Notes under the pieces: generated by a model
What the model was told of the DNA's origin: nothing
Seen by the model: only the letters and a program-made list of their open reading frames with translations
The model's database searches: none
Source: Amoebophrya sp. A120
Lineage: Eukaryota; Protista; Dinoflagellata
Assembly (NCBI GenBank): GCA_905178155.1
Contig: CAJINV010000003.1
Location: forward strand, 3,541,620 to 3,605,619
DNA length: 64,000 bases
Direction: 5' to 3'
Position numbers and translations under genes: made by a program
Part shown: one piece after another, positions 21,803-35,100 of the stretch
Layout of the letters: every line of letters starts with the position of its first letter
Numbering within the stretch: position 1 is the stretch's first letter

Positions 21803-24598
21803 TCATTCTCCAACTTGCTGCTCGAGGTCTTTGCTCCAGTCGAAGCTGGTAAATAGCTTGTTGATCCGCCTGACCTCTCCTTCGTAATCCTCCGCCGAGG
21901 AATACGCTTTGTGGGTGAGGAAGTCCAAGTCGAGACAACCACAGAAGATGTGTTTGATGAAGTCCCGGGGCAACGGATGGTCGACGGGATGCAGATACCC
22001 CTTCATCAGGCCGAAGTCGACGAACACGTAGGGAAAACGCTTCGCGATCTTGTCGCGAATACTGTTCGACGAGTGCGGTGGGATTTCGATCAGGTTTTTG
22101 TGCACGCGATCGAACTCGTCGCTGGCGCCGGCGTTTTCCTTGAAGGCCTCGCGGAAGTAGATCTGCAGCTCGGTGAGAAACTCCTTTTCCACCGGGAAAC
22201 ACCGCACCACGCAGTGCCTTCCCGCGCCGAGGTGCTGCTGATCCGGCGTGGGCACCTGCTGCACGTCCTCCCAAAAAATGCAGGCCTTTTGAAACTTTTC
22301 GTCGAAGAACTTCACGAGGGACTTCTGGTAGTTTCGGATTTCCTTAAAAGTGTCTTCGTCCATGTCGTTCACAGAAATAGTGTCCACGTGATCCCAGGGC
22401 ACGATGATGATTTCCTGCTCCAGAAACGCCACTTGAGAGTTCTCCACCGCGACATAGCAGAGATCCGACTCGGAAATAATGTTAATGTTTCTCACCTTGG
22501 TACCCTGCTCAGAGTCGTCGTCGTAGAACTCATTTGCCGTTGATTCGGATCGGTAGGAAAACTTGGCGGACTCGAAACAGTGCGGACAGCGCTTCAAATT
22601 CACCAATTTCTCCTTAGTGACCAGCGCGTTGTTGTTATTCATCTCTTTTTCCTTCGGCGGTGGCTGCCCGCGCTTGCGCTTCTTCTCCACAAAGTTGTCA
22701 TTGAAGGAGCCGTCTTCCTCGTAGGTGTCATCTGTCACGTCCATGAAATTACGCCCGCGCTTGCGGATGTGATCCACAAACAGCTTCTCGTGGTCGTCGC
22801 CGCCAAGCTTCGCGTGCCGCTGCATCTCCTCGATAGTCAGTGGCTCCGCGCCTTTGCCGCTCTTGCTACTGTCGCCTCCCTTCTGCTTGCCTTTCTTCCC
22901 TTTGCTATTCTTGCTGAGGCCCTTGTCCGCCGGTTCCTCGTTCAGCAGCGGCGGCTTGTCCTGCAGCATCGCGGTGAGACGGTCGTAGGTCTTCGTGTCA
23001 CCGCTCATCATTGCCTGGAGCGCTCGTGCCTGGAGCTGATTGCGGTCCAGAGACTTTTCTTCCTCGTCTTGCTTCATCTTTGCAGCTTTGGCGTGGTCTT
23101 CTTCCTCCTCGGCTCTACTAGCTGCGTTGTCAGCGCGACCACCCCTCTCGCGACCGCGTCCTCTGCGAGAGTCTTCGCGTCGACCTCCTCCTCGTCGCTG
23201 GTCGTGCCTCGATGATCCGGATGCACCGTACTTTTTCCGCAACGCACCGAAATCATCCTCCTCCGCGCCGTCGTCGCCGGGTGGACCTCCTCCTCGCCGC
23301 CGATCGTCATAGTACGACCGTGCTCCACCTCTTCGCGATCGCGAATCTCGTCGGCGTCGAGAGTCGCGTCGCCCGCGGTCGTCTCTGCGCGAAGAATTGT
23401 TGTGGTAAGACCGGTTGTTCTCGTCGACCTCGCCTTTGCCGCTAGTACTATAACCGCCCTTCCTCTCGCCCTTCTTTCCACCTTTATTTTTCCCTGGAAT
23501 ATCGTCCTCATCCCCACCCCCTATCAGACCCTCCAGCGACATGCCGTGATCGAGCTTATTTTTTCCGCGATTCTGGCCTCCCTTCGTGGTCCCGTCTTCG
23601 ATCGGATTTCCGTGTTCGTCGTTGATCTGCCCGGTGGGTCTGCCCTTAAACTGTGGTCGTTTCTTCTTCTGACTTCCCCATTCGTACATAGACAAGTCCT
23701 CGTTATGATCGATCTGTTCGTCGGGGTCCTCTTCCGCTCCTGCGGCCTGCTCCGCCGCGCCACCACCTCCCTTGCCGCCCTTGTTACCGCTTCTCTTTAC
23801 CGGTAACGCATTCTTGAACGCCTCCGGATCCTGCTGTTCCTCGCGCTCACGCTGCCGCGCCCGCTTTTCCCAGGCCCGGCCCCCGTCCCCGATGCGGAGA
23901 TGCGCGGGCAGGTCCCAGCCACCACCACTGTGCACGTCCTTGGCGAGCTGCGCGGCGGCAAGCTGGGGGTCGTAGGCCGCGGGGTTCAACTCTCGCTCGT
24001 GGGCCACGCCGGTGTCCAGATCCACTTTTCGCGCCGTGGGATCTTGTTCCTCTTTCTGTTCCCTGCGCTCGCGTTTTTTGCGGTCTGCGCGGCTCTCCAA
24101 GTCGGTTATTTGCGCACCAAACGCAGAAAGCAGGTCTAAGGGACCGTGCTGGTTAGTACTGCCGGCAGCGGCGGCTTCTTTCGCGGTTGCGTCGCCGCCG
24201 GCGGTCGCTGGTGGGTTTGAAGAAGATGAAGGTTTATTTTTCGGGGACTCGGCTCGAGCGGGGGAAGAAGACGAAGAGCCTGCCGCTTTAGAAGATTTGC
24301 GTTCCTTTCCAATTACGGGCGGTTTATTTCTCACATCAGTGCCGAGCTCAAGTTCGTCCTCCGGGAGAACAGGGGCCTTCATGAAGTCGTCTTCATCATC
24401 CTCGTCTGATCGAGCTCGGCCTGCTCGCACAGATGGTTCCTGAACCGCATCCTCGTCTGATGATTCGCCGTCGGAGGAGGAGGAAGCGGCCCGTCGCTTC
24501 TTGTGTTTCTTTTTCTCCTTTTTGGCTTTCTTCTTTTCCTTCTTGTCCTTCTTTGCCTTTCCAGTGGAGGAAGCGCCAAACTTGATACCGCGAAACAT
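21803..24598 (-). CDS. CWF19L2: CWF19-like protein 2 (CwfJ C-terminal domains), 931 aa, intronless
   Basis: Charged low-complexity N-terminus, then CPHCFES, IISESDLCYV, IIIVPWDH, DEDTFKEIRNYQKSLVKFF, CIFWE, HCVVRCFPV, YFREAF, FPYVFVDFG and GYLHPVD, typical of CWF19L2. Confidence 0.9.
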   Translation of the reverse strand: MFRGIKFGASSTGKAKKDKKEKKKAKKEKKKHKKRRAASSSSDGESSDEDAVQEPSVRAGRARSDEDDEDDFMKAPVLPEDELELGTDVRNKPPVIGKERKSSKAAGSSSSSPARAESPKNKPSSSSNPPATAGGDATAKEAAAAGSTNQHGPLDLLSAFGAQITDLESRADRKKRERREQKEEQDPTARKVDLDTGVAHERELNPAAYDPQLAAAQLAKDVHSGGGWDLPAHLRIGDGGRAWEKRARQREREEQQDPEAFKNALPVKRSGNKGGKGGGGAAEQAAGAEEDPDEQIDHNEDLSMYEWGSQKKKRPQFKGRPTGQINDEHGNPIEDGTTKGGQNRGKNKLDHGMSLEGLIGGGDEDDIPGKNKGGKKGERKGGYSTSGKGEVDENNRSYHNNSSRRDDRGRRDSRRRRDSRSRRGGARSYYDDRRRGGGPPGDDGAEEDDFGALRKKYGASGSSRHDQRRGGGRREDSRRGRGRERGGRADNAASRAEEEEDHAKAAKMKQDEEEKSLDRNQLQARALQAMMSGDTKTYDRLTAMLQDKPPLLNEEPADKGLSKNSKGKKGKQKGGDSSKSGKGAEPLTIEEMQRHAKLGGDDHEKLFVDHIRKRGRNFMDVTDDTYEEDGSFNDNFVEKKRKRGQPPPKEKEMNNNNALVTKEKLVNLKRCPHCFESAKFSYRSESTANEFYDDDSEQGTKVRNINIISESDLCYVAVENSQVAFLEQEIIIVPWDHVDTISVNDMDEDTFKEIRNYQKSLVKFFDEKFQKACIFWEDVQQVPTPDQQHLGAGRHCVVRCFPVEKEFLTELQIYFREAFKENAGASDEFDRVHKNLIEIPPHSSNSIRDKIAKRFPYVFVDFGLMKGYLHPVDHPLPRDFIKHIFCGCLDLDFLTHKAYSSAEDYEGEVRRINKLFTSFDWSKDLEQQVGE

Positions 24599-25240
24599 GA
24601 CTTTGCTTTGACAGGAATATTTTTATCGAGTTCTCCCCTCCGGAGCAAGCCCTTTAATAAATTTTCGCGACTAAGTATCAACTTACATGAAAGCTGACAG
24701 CTATGTATCGGTATACTTCCTCCATTTAAGGGTACTTACGCCTGAAAAACAGGGAAAAACACAGCAGCACTAAGCTATCCACATCGTTATTCATCACAGC
24801 ATAACGTGAGGGCGTAGGACGAAGACCTGTAAAAATTGAAATCAACGAGTCGCGTCGTGGAGATTTCGATTTGTAAAATCCTATCAAAAACAAATGCGAG
24901 CGTATAAGGCATCGGAACCAAGAGACCAGATCTGTGAAAAGAAACGGATCTCCCTTTTCATGTTGATCTCCCAAGATCCGATGTGCCAATTTCGATAACG
25001 GATGGTAGATCCGATGCAGCGAGAGCACTCCGATGGCAGATCCGATGCAAAATGAACACTCTTCTGTGCAGCCACCACAGCAGCTTTGCAACGTATTCTT
25101 GAAGATCTTGTTGCGAAGTAGGTAAGTATCTCGATTTTGGCGGATCGGTATTAAAATTACGGCTAGACGTGAACTATGTCGATGTCGCTGCGTGCGTGGG
25201 CGTTGTTGGGCGTTGCACACGTTGCACGCCCTCCGATTTA

Positions 25241-26716
25241 TTAGTCATTCAGGAAACCCTGGACATATTCCCAGTATTTTAATCCGCCTTTATGGTATGT
25301 GTCGTTGTGCATTCCTTCCGGAAAACTTGCAAAGGTGGTGGGGCAAGGGCAGGCGTCGCATAACTTCCGTGAGTGTTCGGGAGGCACCAATTCGTCTTTC
25401 TCGCCAACTAAAAACAAAACCTGAGGGAGTTTGCGGAAAATGATTCCGAACATCAGCGACAATAGCTGTATCTTATACAACACAGTACAAGATTTTTTTA
25501 TACGCCCTGCGGCAAGGTCTGCCAAAATGAAAGTGCATTTGATAATTCCTGAAAGTACCTTCGTCGTTGTCTTGCTGAAAGTCTTCATTTGCGCCATGGA
25601 GTCCCAGTTTATGCGGAGGAAGAAGGCCTTTATTGGTTTCAGGTAAGCCAGAAACGGAAACAACTTGTCCGCTAGGTCGCTTATACCTATTTGGAGGGCA
25701 TACGCACAGGGATGGAGATCACAAGCACTAAATCTCAAGCTTCTTCTTCAGCATATCCTTCCTCAAGAACTAACACTCCTGAAACAGCAGCAAACTACAA
25801 ACAACAAGACAAAATAATGCATCATTATCATTTTCACTACTTGTGAAGGTGTTCTCCAGCATGATGCCCTTTATTCTGGGGTATTTCGCTCGAACCTCGG
25901 GTGTGAAGTCCTCTATGGCTTTGACGAGTGAAACAGCGACGGCGCCGCCGAGAGAACGGCCGAAAATGAAAGTCTCTTCGATGCCGTATTTGCTTTTCAT
26001 CTCGTACAGCGAGGCAAGTCCGTCCAGAATGAGACCTTGCTCCGATGGCTTGCCTGTGACAGATGAGTCGATAAATATCTGCATCTGAAGAAACGCTGAA
26101 GAATGCGCTGCCGCAAATGTTTTTTCGTTCTTGTAGAGAGAATTAAGTTTCCGGCACCACAGTTCTCTACAAGGACACAAGCGAAAAATCTGAGAAACTT
26201 AAATTTTGAGTAAGTGGATATACCTTCACTTTTCCCAAAGCCCCGATAGTCAAAGGCAAAGACGTTGGCATTACACCTTTTCGCGAGGTCCACAAAGTTG
26301 GGCAGTCGCATGCCGATATTTCCTGCGTTTGCGTGGCAAAAGAGAATGCTGCAGTTTGCAGGCGCTTTGGTTCGGTTTCGTATGGACACACCTGCTCCGC
26401 CAGTCGAACTTGACGCGGAGGTCCCTGCCCCGGGTATCCACCACGCATGCAGCGTCAGCGAGTCGGCACTCTTGAAGAAGACGTCTTCGTATGGAAGCTT
26501 AAACTCGGCCGGTGACCGAAACCCGGCCGGGTTGTCCTCGGGCTTTAGCATCCCGGGCATGGGCTCCGGCACGTAAAGCATTTCCTCCTGCTTCCAGATT
26601 AGCTGGCAGATGAGGAGCAGGAACACGCCGAGAAAACAGTAAAACAGGGGCATCAGGCTTCCCGTGGACCACACCATCCACACCATCGCCCCCATTATTA
26701 TGTACCCCGTCGACAT
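25241..26716 (-). CDS. ABHD13: ABHD13/Bem46-like alpha/beta hydrolase; 4 exons (26716-26224, 26053-25841, 25686-25559, 25420-25241)
   Basis: N-terminal TM plus QEEMLYVP, LFCHANAGNIGMR, DYRGFGKSEG|KPSEQGL, GRSLGGAVA (Ser), LENTFTS|ISD, KDELVPP (Asp), GMHND (His). Introns are GT-AG. The start may lie further upstream. Confidence 0.9.
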
Positions 26717-27984
26717 GTTGCTCTTCTCCTCCGGGCAGCGCCCGCCGGCACAAGAACTCTTGTTCACGCACGCCCGAGCAGTCTTCCGCGTAGAAATACG
26801 GACGCGAGAACAAGGCGACGGACGCGGTCGCCGATTGGCCGTTGCAAATGATTATGATACACACATCATGCGTTGAAATTGTCGCTTTATGTCGGGACGA
26901 CCACGGCCATGAATTTGAATATGTTTTATTGGAGATCTTCTCTAACAAAATATCCGAGAGTTTACTTAGCACTAGCTCTCCCTTAAAAACAAAAATTTCA
27001 TTGTGAACATCTTTACCTTCGATAGCTGCGCCTGCGGGGGAGAACGAGAAATACCTAAGTAGAGCGAAAAACCGATGATCAAATGATTATGATGTGAAAA
27101 TAAATCCAAAAAATGTTCTACCACTCGGAATAAATGTCGAAAGGCTGCCGAGGTTTGCATAAAATTGTCTTCTGGTAAGATCAGATCTGGATCTTCCGCT
27201 TTTCCCAAAAATGATCGCGATTCATGGGCTGCAGGAGCAGCGATATGCCGCTACAATAAAAAGTATCACTAGTGATAAGAAGTGCGTCGAACACGCTGTC
27301 TCCAAAATTTTCTGGCGGAGATTTCGATTTCAAGTTCCAGACAGAAGAATTGCAGGTCCAGAATGCAGACAAGATTACTGCGTACCAAAAATGCTAATGT
27401 AAGTAGTAGTCAGGAGAGTTGATGTTCATGGAGTGCCGGGGATGGCACTGCAAAATTCGAGGTGGTGGCTACGAGCATGATAGTTGCAACTCAAGGGGGG
27501 GCAGTAGGCGTGATGTTATCATGGAACGATGGGTGACCCGCCTCGTCGTCGTACTGCTTTGCAGCACTCGCTAGGAGCGCTCATGGATGCTGGGTCATAC
27601 TTTGTCGTGTTGGAATAGAATCCTGGGACGAGCAGAGATTAATACCGGGTAGTACCTATTACCCTGTTTAGATTGATACGTAAGAAAATGAAAATTTTGA
27701 AGAAGAAGTACTTAAGTGTGACAAAGAATCCCATGTCCTCTTTACTGTATGTTCTGTATCCTTAGGTTGAATTCTACAGAAAATCCCTAGAGAAAGAAAC
27801 TAGTACTAGAACATGTTGACACTTAAATGATACTGTACGATTGCGGTTACATACTGTAAGTTCGTCAAAAAGTAGGACGCGACTCACTTAACAAGATAGT
27901 ACGAAACAAAACTCACAGACTCATGGAGGAGAAAAAAAAACCAAAGGACTACAGGATTAATTTCAGATAAAACTGCAACTTTCA

Positions 27985-30812
27985 TTATTTTTTCCCAAGA
28001 AGGATGCCAGGTCTTGGTGGATTTCTTACGTTCATCAACCAACTACCCGCTCCGTACTCGATTTCGCCGAGCATTTTGGCATCGTTTTCCGTCAGGAAGC
28101 ACTGACTCAAGGCACTCCTGTACAAATCCATGTGGCCTCCAATTTTCGCCGCCGTAACCACTTTTACTTGATCGATGTAGTCAATCATCATCGGGGCGTC
28201 AAGCATTTCCCAAATCTCGTATGCCTGTCCCAGCGCCGCGCATATCGAAAGCTTCACTTTGTCTGTTGTGTATTTGGAGCTCCGAAATTGTGATTGATGC
28301 GCAAACAAGGACAAACCCGACACGGACACGAATGGAAATATCATCTAATTCCCAGTCTTCAAGGAAAGCGGCAAAGTGAAAATCCCAATTCCGCACAACA
28401 GTAGCCACGAGACTGAAAATGATATTAACGACAGACACTTGCAACAAAAAAGATGAAGAATTTTACCGTGATATTGCAGGAAGACTGGCTTGGCTAGTTT
28501 GAACAGTTTCGCGTTCCCGCCTAGCGCTGCGGCGCAGGCGAGCAAGCCGCGCTCTTCGGTGGACATCTCGCGACCGAATAAGGCGTCGCGCTTCACGTAC
28601 TCCGCGGGGTCGACCAGAGAGTAGATTTCGTAGTTGCCCGTTACGCCCGCGACCATGGCGACCGCGAGCCGCAGGTCGAAGGACCCCTCGGCGCGTTCGT
28701 AGGAGGTGGGGCCCTCGGGAATGAGGTAGTTGGGACAGTTGCACTTCATGCCGAACTCGCACCCCGGCAGGTGCTGCTTCACGACCTCCCGCGGGATGGG
28801 GTTCTTCATGCAGTCGAACGCTGACTTCATCCGCGGATCCACATACCCCTCGGCGTCAAGCTCCGCGTCGCGGCAGTTCCCCTCCACGAAAAACTCGCCC
28901 CACACCTTCTGGAAGTGGCGACTCCCGTGGCAGGCTCGGCGGATGATGAACTTGAACAGCGTGTCCACCACGAACCAGTCGCACGGCTTGTTCTTGCCGT
29001 GCGAGGTCTCCTTGAAGTCTTCCGTTACTGCCTTCGTAGCCACCTTCTTCGTCGTCCCGATCACAGCCGTGCTAGGTCTCGACAACGGAAAGTCCGCGCC
29101 CTCGAGCTGTTGTGTGCATTGACAGGATGATGGAGATAGGCGTGGCAATGAGGCAACGTGTGCTGTTCGGTGCACAGCACTCAAGTTGTACAAAAGTAAA
29201 TGCATATGCAAAGACACGAAGTACAAAAGTGATCACAAAAGTAAGGTACCTTACCTCCATCCAATGCGATTCTGTTTCTTGACAAACTAAAATAAAACGC
29301 GAAGCACGTACAAGCAATATGGCATACCTTTTCCAGCGACCCGGCCTTTGCGTCGCACGTGAGTGGCCTTCCTGCCGGGGTTGTTCCCGGTCGCAAGCCG
29401 TCGGTTGTTCCTGTCAAGGACCCTGGAATGGACTTATTCATCAAATGACTCCGCGAGGTTCCCGGTCGGGATCCCATGGCCGCACCGGTGGGCCCAGACA
29501 TCTCCTTCGTGATCCCCTCCGCGCGTTGCGTGACCACCATTCCGTTCGAGATGGAGCCGACCTTCGGCAACACGCCTTCCACGGTGCCCGGACGACTCTC
29601 CAACCGCGCAGACCCGTGGCCCGTCGTGAGCCCGCCCCCCACCACGTTGGGCTGGCGCTGCGTGCCCATGAGCGGCAGCTGGGGAAACTGATCGAACATC
29701 AGCGACCGCACGCTCTCCTTCGTCTGGGGGCGGGACTCCCGATCTACAAACTCCTCGTACGTGCGCACCGCTGGACTTTGGTTTCGGTTCATCTTCTGGC
29801 TTGTTGGCCGCCACCCGAGTACGGGCAGAGAGTTTATCACCAGTAAGCGGGCCTTGGTCTCTGGGGTGGCTGGAAATTTTATTTGCATATTTCTTTGATC
29901 GGGTTTCTGACGCGTGTTGCAATGTAAAATCTACTTTATCTTACGAAACAAACAACTCAGCAATGACCTGCCAGCGGAAGTATTTGTTGCTCTCTCTCTG
30001 CAGATCTGGATCGGCAAATATTGCGATAAGCAAAATTTTTTGAAACGCAGCAAAAAAGTATGGTAGTTGCAATAGTAAATACCGGTCATGGGTTCGACGA
30101 GCTCGCCGTGTGGCGTCTTTCTTCGTTCCATCTCCCGGTCGTGAATTTCTTGTTCGAGTTCGCGCTTGACCTTCTCCAACAGGGGCGTCTGCCGGTTCAC
30201 ATCCTGCTCGGACATGAAGACATCGCAGTGCCGGAAGACACTGTAGTACTTCACGCCCCAGTCTACGTTCTTACGGACGTCCTCGAAGAAGTACTTCAGG
30301 GAGTAGTCCAGGTTGTCCGTGGCGAACTCTTTCCAAACGAATTTCCTGCGCAGCCCCTTGCGGTCCCGGTGCCGGTGAAGGGCTTCGTTGATCACGACAT
30401 TCATGAGTTGGAACAAGTCCGTCCGAGTCAGCTGCTTGTGGCCAAAGTCTTCCCAGACGGCGCCCATCTGCTTCTGCTTGGCCAGAGTGCTGTTGGACAG
30501 GTTGGAGGTGTAGCGGCGGGGGTTGGCGCGCTTCACAATGCTTTGCTCCTTCCGCTCACGCAGCAGGTACATGTCGATCACTTTCTTGCCCGTCATCGAC
30601 ATGGCCGCAGTGGTGTGCAGAATGCGCTTGTCCTCCGGGTGGCTTCCCGGTTCGGACAGGACATACAGGTTCATGCCGCGATTGTAGTCCTCATACATCC
30701 CGGGATAACTCGTCAGCGCCACGCCCGAGGTGTTCATCTGCCGCTTCATTGGGGTGCCCGGCGACGATGACCTCGGTGATGAGGCCTGCGAGGTGGATAC
30801 TTTCGGTGGCAT
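27985..30812 (-). CDS. Hypothetical protein, 4 exons (~30812-30083, ~29861-29328, ~29106-28467, ~28262-27985); R-P-G-T repeats in the middle and a helical C-terminal part
   Basis: Four GC-rich minus-strand ORF blocks joined by phase-compatible GT-AG introns (MT-E-TKAR, LEK|LEG, YH-D-KVK). No family recognised. Confidence 0.7.
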
Positions 30813-32146
30813 GCTTGCAGCGCGCGGGGGTCTGGGTGCTTGCTTCTCCGATGCCGATCCGCGAAAGTTAGTACCTACACTACTTAGTGTGCTGCGAAAA
30901 ATAACGTGCTCGCTACGTCTGTGCAGGCTTGGAATTTTTGAATCAACATCTTCGAATTTAGTGAAAAATATCGGGATAAGCGTTTATTAATTTCAGAATG
31001 AGGGGGTATGGGATACACTTTGAGAATGATGAGCTGGATGTGGTCAGAGACAGAGTTCGTTCTTGTGTTCTTGTTGAATTGCGTTTAAGTGTGAGCACAG
31101 TCCGGTTTTGTGCTTGGTCTTGCGCAAAATTCGAAATCTTGTACGAGGAGAAACGTAGCACTTGGAACGATGCTTACCACAGCTATACGGTTACAGAAAC
31201 TGTATGGTACCGAAGGACGTTCATGTTGGTACACTGTCGCCGACCTGATTATGCGTCAATTACGGTTCTCGTTGTACGACTGGGCGAGTGCGGCTGATTC
31301 ATTAACATGAACGAGGAACCGAGATTTTTTTCAATATCAGTTACAGTTTTTCATCGTGGAAACAAATACAAGCACGAGGATACCGAGGTTGAAGTTTCTT
31401 GGCGACTTCTTGGCCTTTAACTTTACCAACACCACGAACCGATGTCATAGAGTCTATGACATCCTCGCCATCGGCTCGTTCTACTCAGTACTGATTGCCT
31501 TTGCCGAGACATAACATGCACCAGAGCGATAGAAGCCAACTCTGAAGAAGGCAAAACCGAGCAAGACTCAGCATGCTGACTATGTATCCTGCTTGTCAGT
31601 TCTTTTTGTTTTTATCAAAACATAGCTCTAGTACGTTAAACTCGTCAGTGCGTTTTTATACTTTTTGATAATCCAGCAAAAACAGCTCGTGTCTACTTCA
31701 GCACATCCGACAGAGGAAAGTGCAAATGTGAAACTGAAAGTTCTGCGTTAAGATTTTTATCAAGCTCTGCAAAAAGACCACTAACTTTTCTTTTCTTCAA
31801 AATCATACAAGAAATAGAGGATCTCTTTATTTGGACTCGCATTTTCAAGTCGAGGTAGCAAACTTGGCGCGGTCTCCGTCTCCTCCGACAAAAACATAAA
31901 CAGAAACGATATTTATTGGTAAACGTCGGTTCAACTTCAAGTCATCTAGATAATTTGACTGTCATTTTCAAATCATCTGGGTTCATTCAAAAACAAAAGC
32001 TCCAGCTCAGCGTAAGTGAAGAAAGTAGATTAGGTCGAGGATGTTCCTGAGTGGTTTTATGTCTCACTCGAACGAGGATCGGTCGTTAAAGGCGCGGCCG
32101 CCGGTATAATCGGTAAATGTTTCGTTTTCAAGCAGGGAATAACAGT

Positions 32147-35100
32147 TCAAAACAGTCCATACTCAAGTGCCATGGTCCGTAGTTTTTCGAGGGTGTTGCT
32201 CCGGGTCCCAAGCGTGGTTCTCAGACGAGACAAAGTCGTGTAGTCCACGGTGTCCACAGGTGCCAGAGCATCGCTTTGTGCAAGGTCCTTGACGCCTTCT
32301 GGCGCCTCCCCCTGCGCTGCCCATTTTTGCAACCCTTTCACCAGGTTCTCGTCCTTCCAGTTCTTGGTCTTGCAGAGCGCCACAGCGCGCCAGCGCCGGG
32401 TCTCCTGCAGCGGCGTCGGTTTGCTTTTCCCAACATGTAGCTCGTCTTCCTCGTCTTCGCGCAACCAGCGTGGCAGCGTCGCTGCGTGGACGTAGAGGGT
32501 GACAGTCCGCTCGCTAGGTGGCAGCGCGGCGTGGCTTCCTACGCGGACCGGTCGCCCGACAATCTGGGTATATTCCGCCGGGTCACTCGGCACGTCCAAG
32601 ATGTGAAACTCGCGCACGCACCGGAACTCGACCCCCTCCTGACACTCTTCCTTGGTGGCGAGCAGAACCAACTTGTTTTCCCCTCGAGCGTTTGCCGCGT
32701 CGTCGTTAAACTGCGCAACGTCACGAAACGTCGCCACCTTCTCCGCGCCGAAAACCTTTTGGAACAAAATCTGCGCTGCCAGGAAACCGGTTTTTCTTGA
32801 CACCAACACCAACGCTTTCTGGTTGCGGTTTCTGATCATCGCCGCGGCCCGGTAGATCTTCGGACAGTAGGACTTGGATTTTTCGATCGTGGTGCTTCCC
32901 CCCTGGTTCAACTTGGCGGATACGTAGTGCGGTGCGATCGCGCAAACCGTCCACTTCGCCAGCCGGACCTCGCGCTTGGGGTCCTGTCGCGGAATTTCCA
33001 CACTGTGCTTCAAAATGTAGTGCGAAAGTGACTTCCCGATTAATGGAACGCTCAAAATCGTACTCATCTGCAATCCGTTTGACAGCGTGTTCCTGTGTTG
33101 CAGATGATGGCCGCCGGGACCAGCCACGAGCACTCGCGGATAGAGATCCATGGATTTGGCATGGAACGCACTCAAAAAACCAGCGTCGTTGCGGACAGTA
33201 CCGCTAGCAGTCGCTGGAGCCAGCCCTTTCACCAAGTCGAGCAGAGACCGAGCAGAAACTCCGGGTTGAATCGGAGTCGCTGTCATCAGATAAACCCACG
33301 TCGCTGGGGATCTTGTCTGCACTGCAATGCAACCACTAGGACTAGCTTGATGGTCACGGGTCGTGTCCGCTTGTGTAACCACTTCTTCAGCGTCCGTTTT
33401 CGTGCCGGCACTTTTTCCCGCTTCTTCTCGACTCCGTGCGTCATCCTTTCCCAGGTTGGCTTCGGCGGATTCGCTGCTACTAGACTGACAATTGCTCTCG
33501 CCTACTACGCATCCACCCACGTCGGCCGTTTTGCGAGCGCGCTGCGGCGCTACTGGTCTTTCGTAACCGCAGGTGTTCGCCACCGCGTCGCGCAGCCTAT
33601 TCAAGGCAGGCCGATATCGCTCCTCTGCCGGGCGAACGAGGTTGTGGGCTTCATCCATGAGAATCAGCTTGCCTGCGTACACGTCTTCCTTGCTAACCAA
33701 TTTGAACTTCAAACACGCGTCGATCTGTCCAGTCGCTTTCCCTTCGCGCGAGAAGCCCATGGCACTCCCTCCGGCAGTGGTGTAATTGAAAATCCGCAGC
33801 GGCGCTGCAGGCGGACGCACGTGGTGTTGCCGGAAAAACTTCTTAGCCCAGCCCTTGCGCAAGCGACCTCCGCAAATGAGGCCCTTCAGACCGACACAAT
33901 CGCGGAAGGCCGTGTACAACGTCTGTCGCTTTTTGCTGCTCTTCATCGAGCCTGAGTTCAAAAAGATCGACCAGTCGGAATCCGCGAAGGGGACAACGCT
34001 ACTGGTTTTATCGATTTTCGCTCCACCCTCTGCACCATCCGCTGCTTGTTGTGCGTCAGCGTTACTAGCTGTGGCACCTGTACTAGCTGCTGCAGCGCCG
34101 CTTTCCTTGTTCGCCGTGGCGCCGGGGGTTGCCTCGTTTTCAACACGTTCAGCAGCCTGCTGGTCGCAAAGCACTGCGGTGCTTTTCTTGTTTCCGTCTT
34201 CAGGCAGGGCCTGCTTCTCACCGTGGTCCCGCTCTCCGTTCGCACTGCGTATCGTCGATCTTTCCCCGCCGCCCGCGGCAAAAAACTTCAGCTTTTTCAG
34301 CAAGTCCGCACAAAACACCGCGAAGAAATCTCGCCAGGGATTCGGCCACCGGAGGAGCTCCTTGAACAGGTTGTCGACGTGCGCTTTTTTTGGCAGGATC
34401 ACGATTTTCGTTCTGGCTCGCAAGTAGTCGACGGTGAGCAGCTCGATCTGCGTGCGCGTCTTTCCGGAGCCTGTCGCGTGGTCCACGAGAAGTCTCGGAC
34501 AGTATCCCCTCTCGAACACGTACCTCACGATCTTCTGATGCGTCAACAGCGGCGCAACACCCGAGCACGACGACCCGCGCTTTTCACCAGTAGTAGAGCC
34601 GCTTTGCTCAATATCCTGATCCTCAGCCTTCAGCAAAGGTGATTCTTGTTCCGCCTTCGCAGTAGTTGGGCCACTCCTGTTGTCTGCCCCCGCAGCACCT
34701 GAATCTACTACCGACGACCCCGAGGACCCAACAATAGAATTCTGCTTTTCATCGTGGTCCTGTCGTGTCGCCGCACCGGCAAGAACTGCTTCCGTCTCTA
34801 CTTCCCTTTTCGGAAACAGAGGGTCCGTTCCAGTTATGATCCTGTCGTCGTGCAATTTTTGGCGGAGGAAGCGCGTGAACCCGCTGTCGCCTGGGCGCGG
34901 ACCCTCCGGGAGGGGTAAAGGAACTTCCTCCTCAAAAGTACCGTCGTCCTCTTCCTCCGAGCTTGTCCCCTCGTCTTCGGACCAAACCTCGTCTTCGCTG
35001 TCCAAGAAACCGTCCTCCGGCTCCTCCTCCACCAGTTCTGCTTTTTCCAAACTACGCATGAATTCCCGCACGCTGCCTGCTTTCGCGATGGCGCACGCCA

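Noticed and set aside
31612-31671. TTATCAAAA...TTTTGATAA inverted pair resembling introner ends
   Set aside because: Only ~9 bp in A/T-rich sequence, very short, and without a 5-bp direct repeat.
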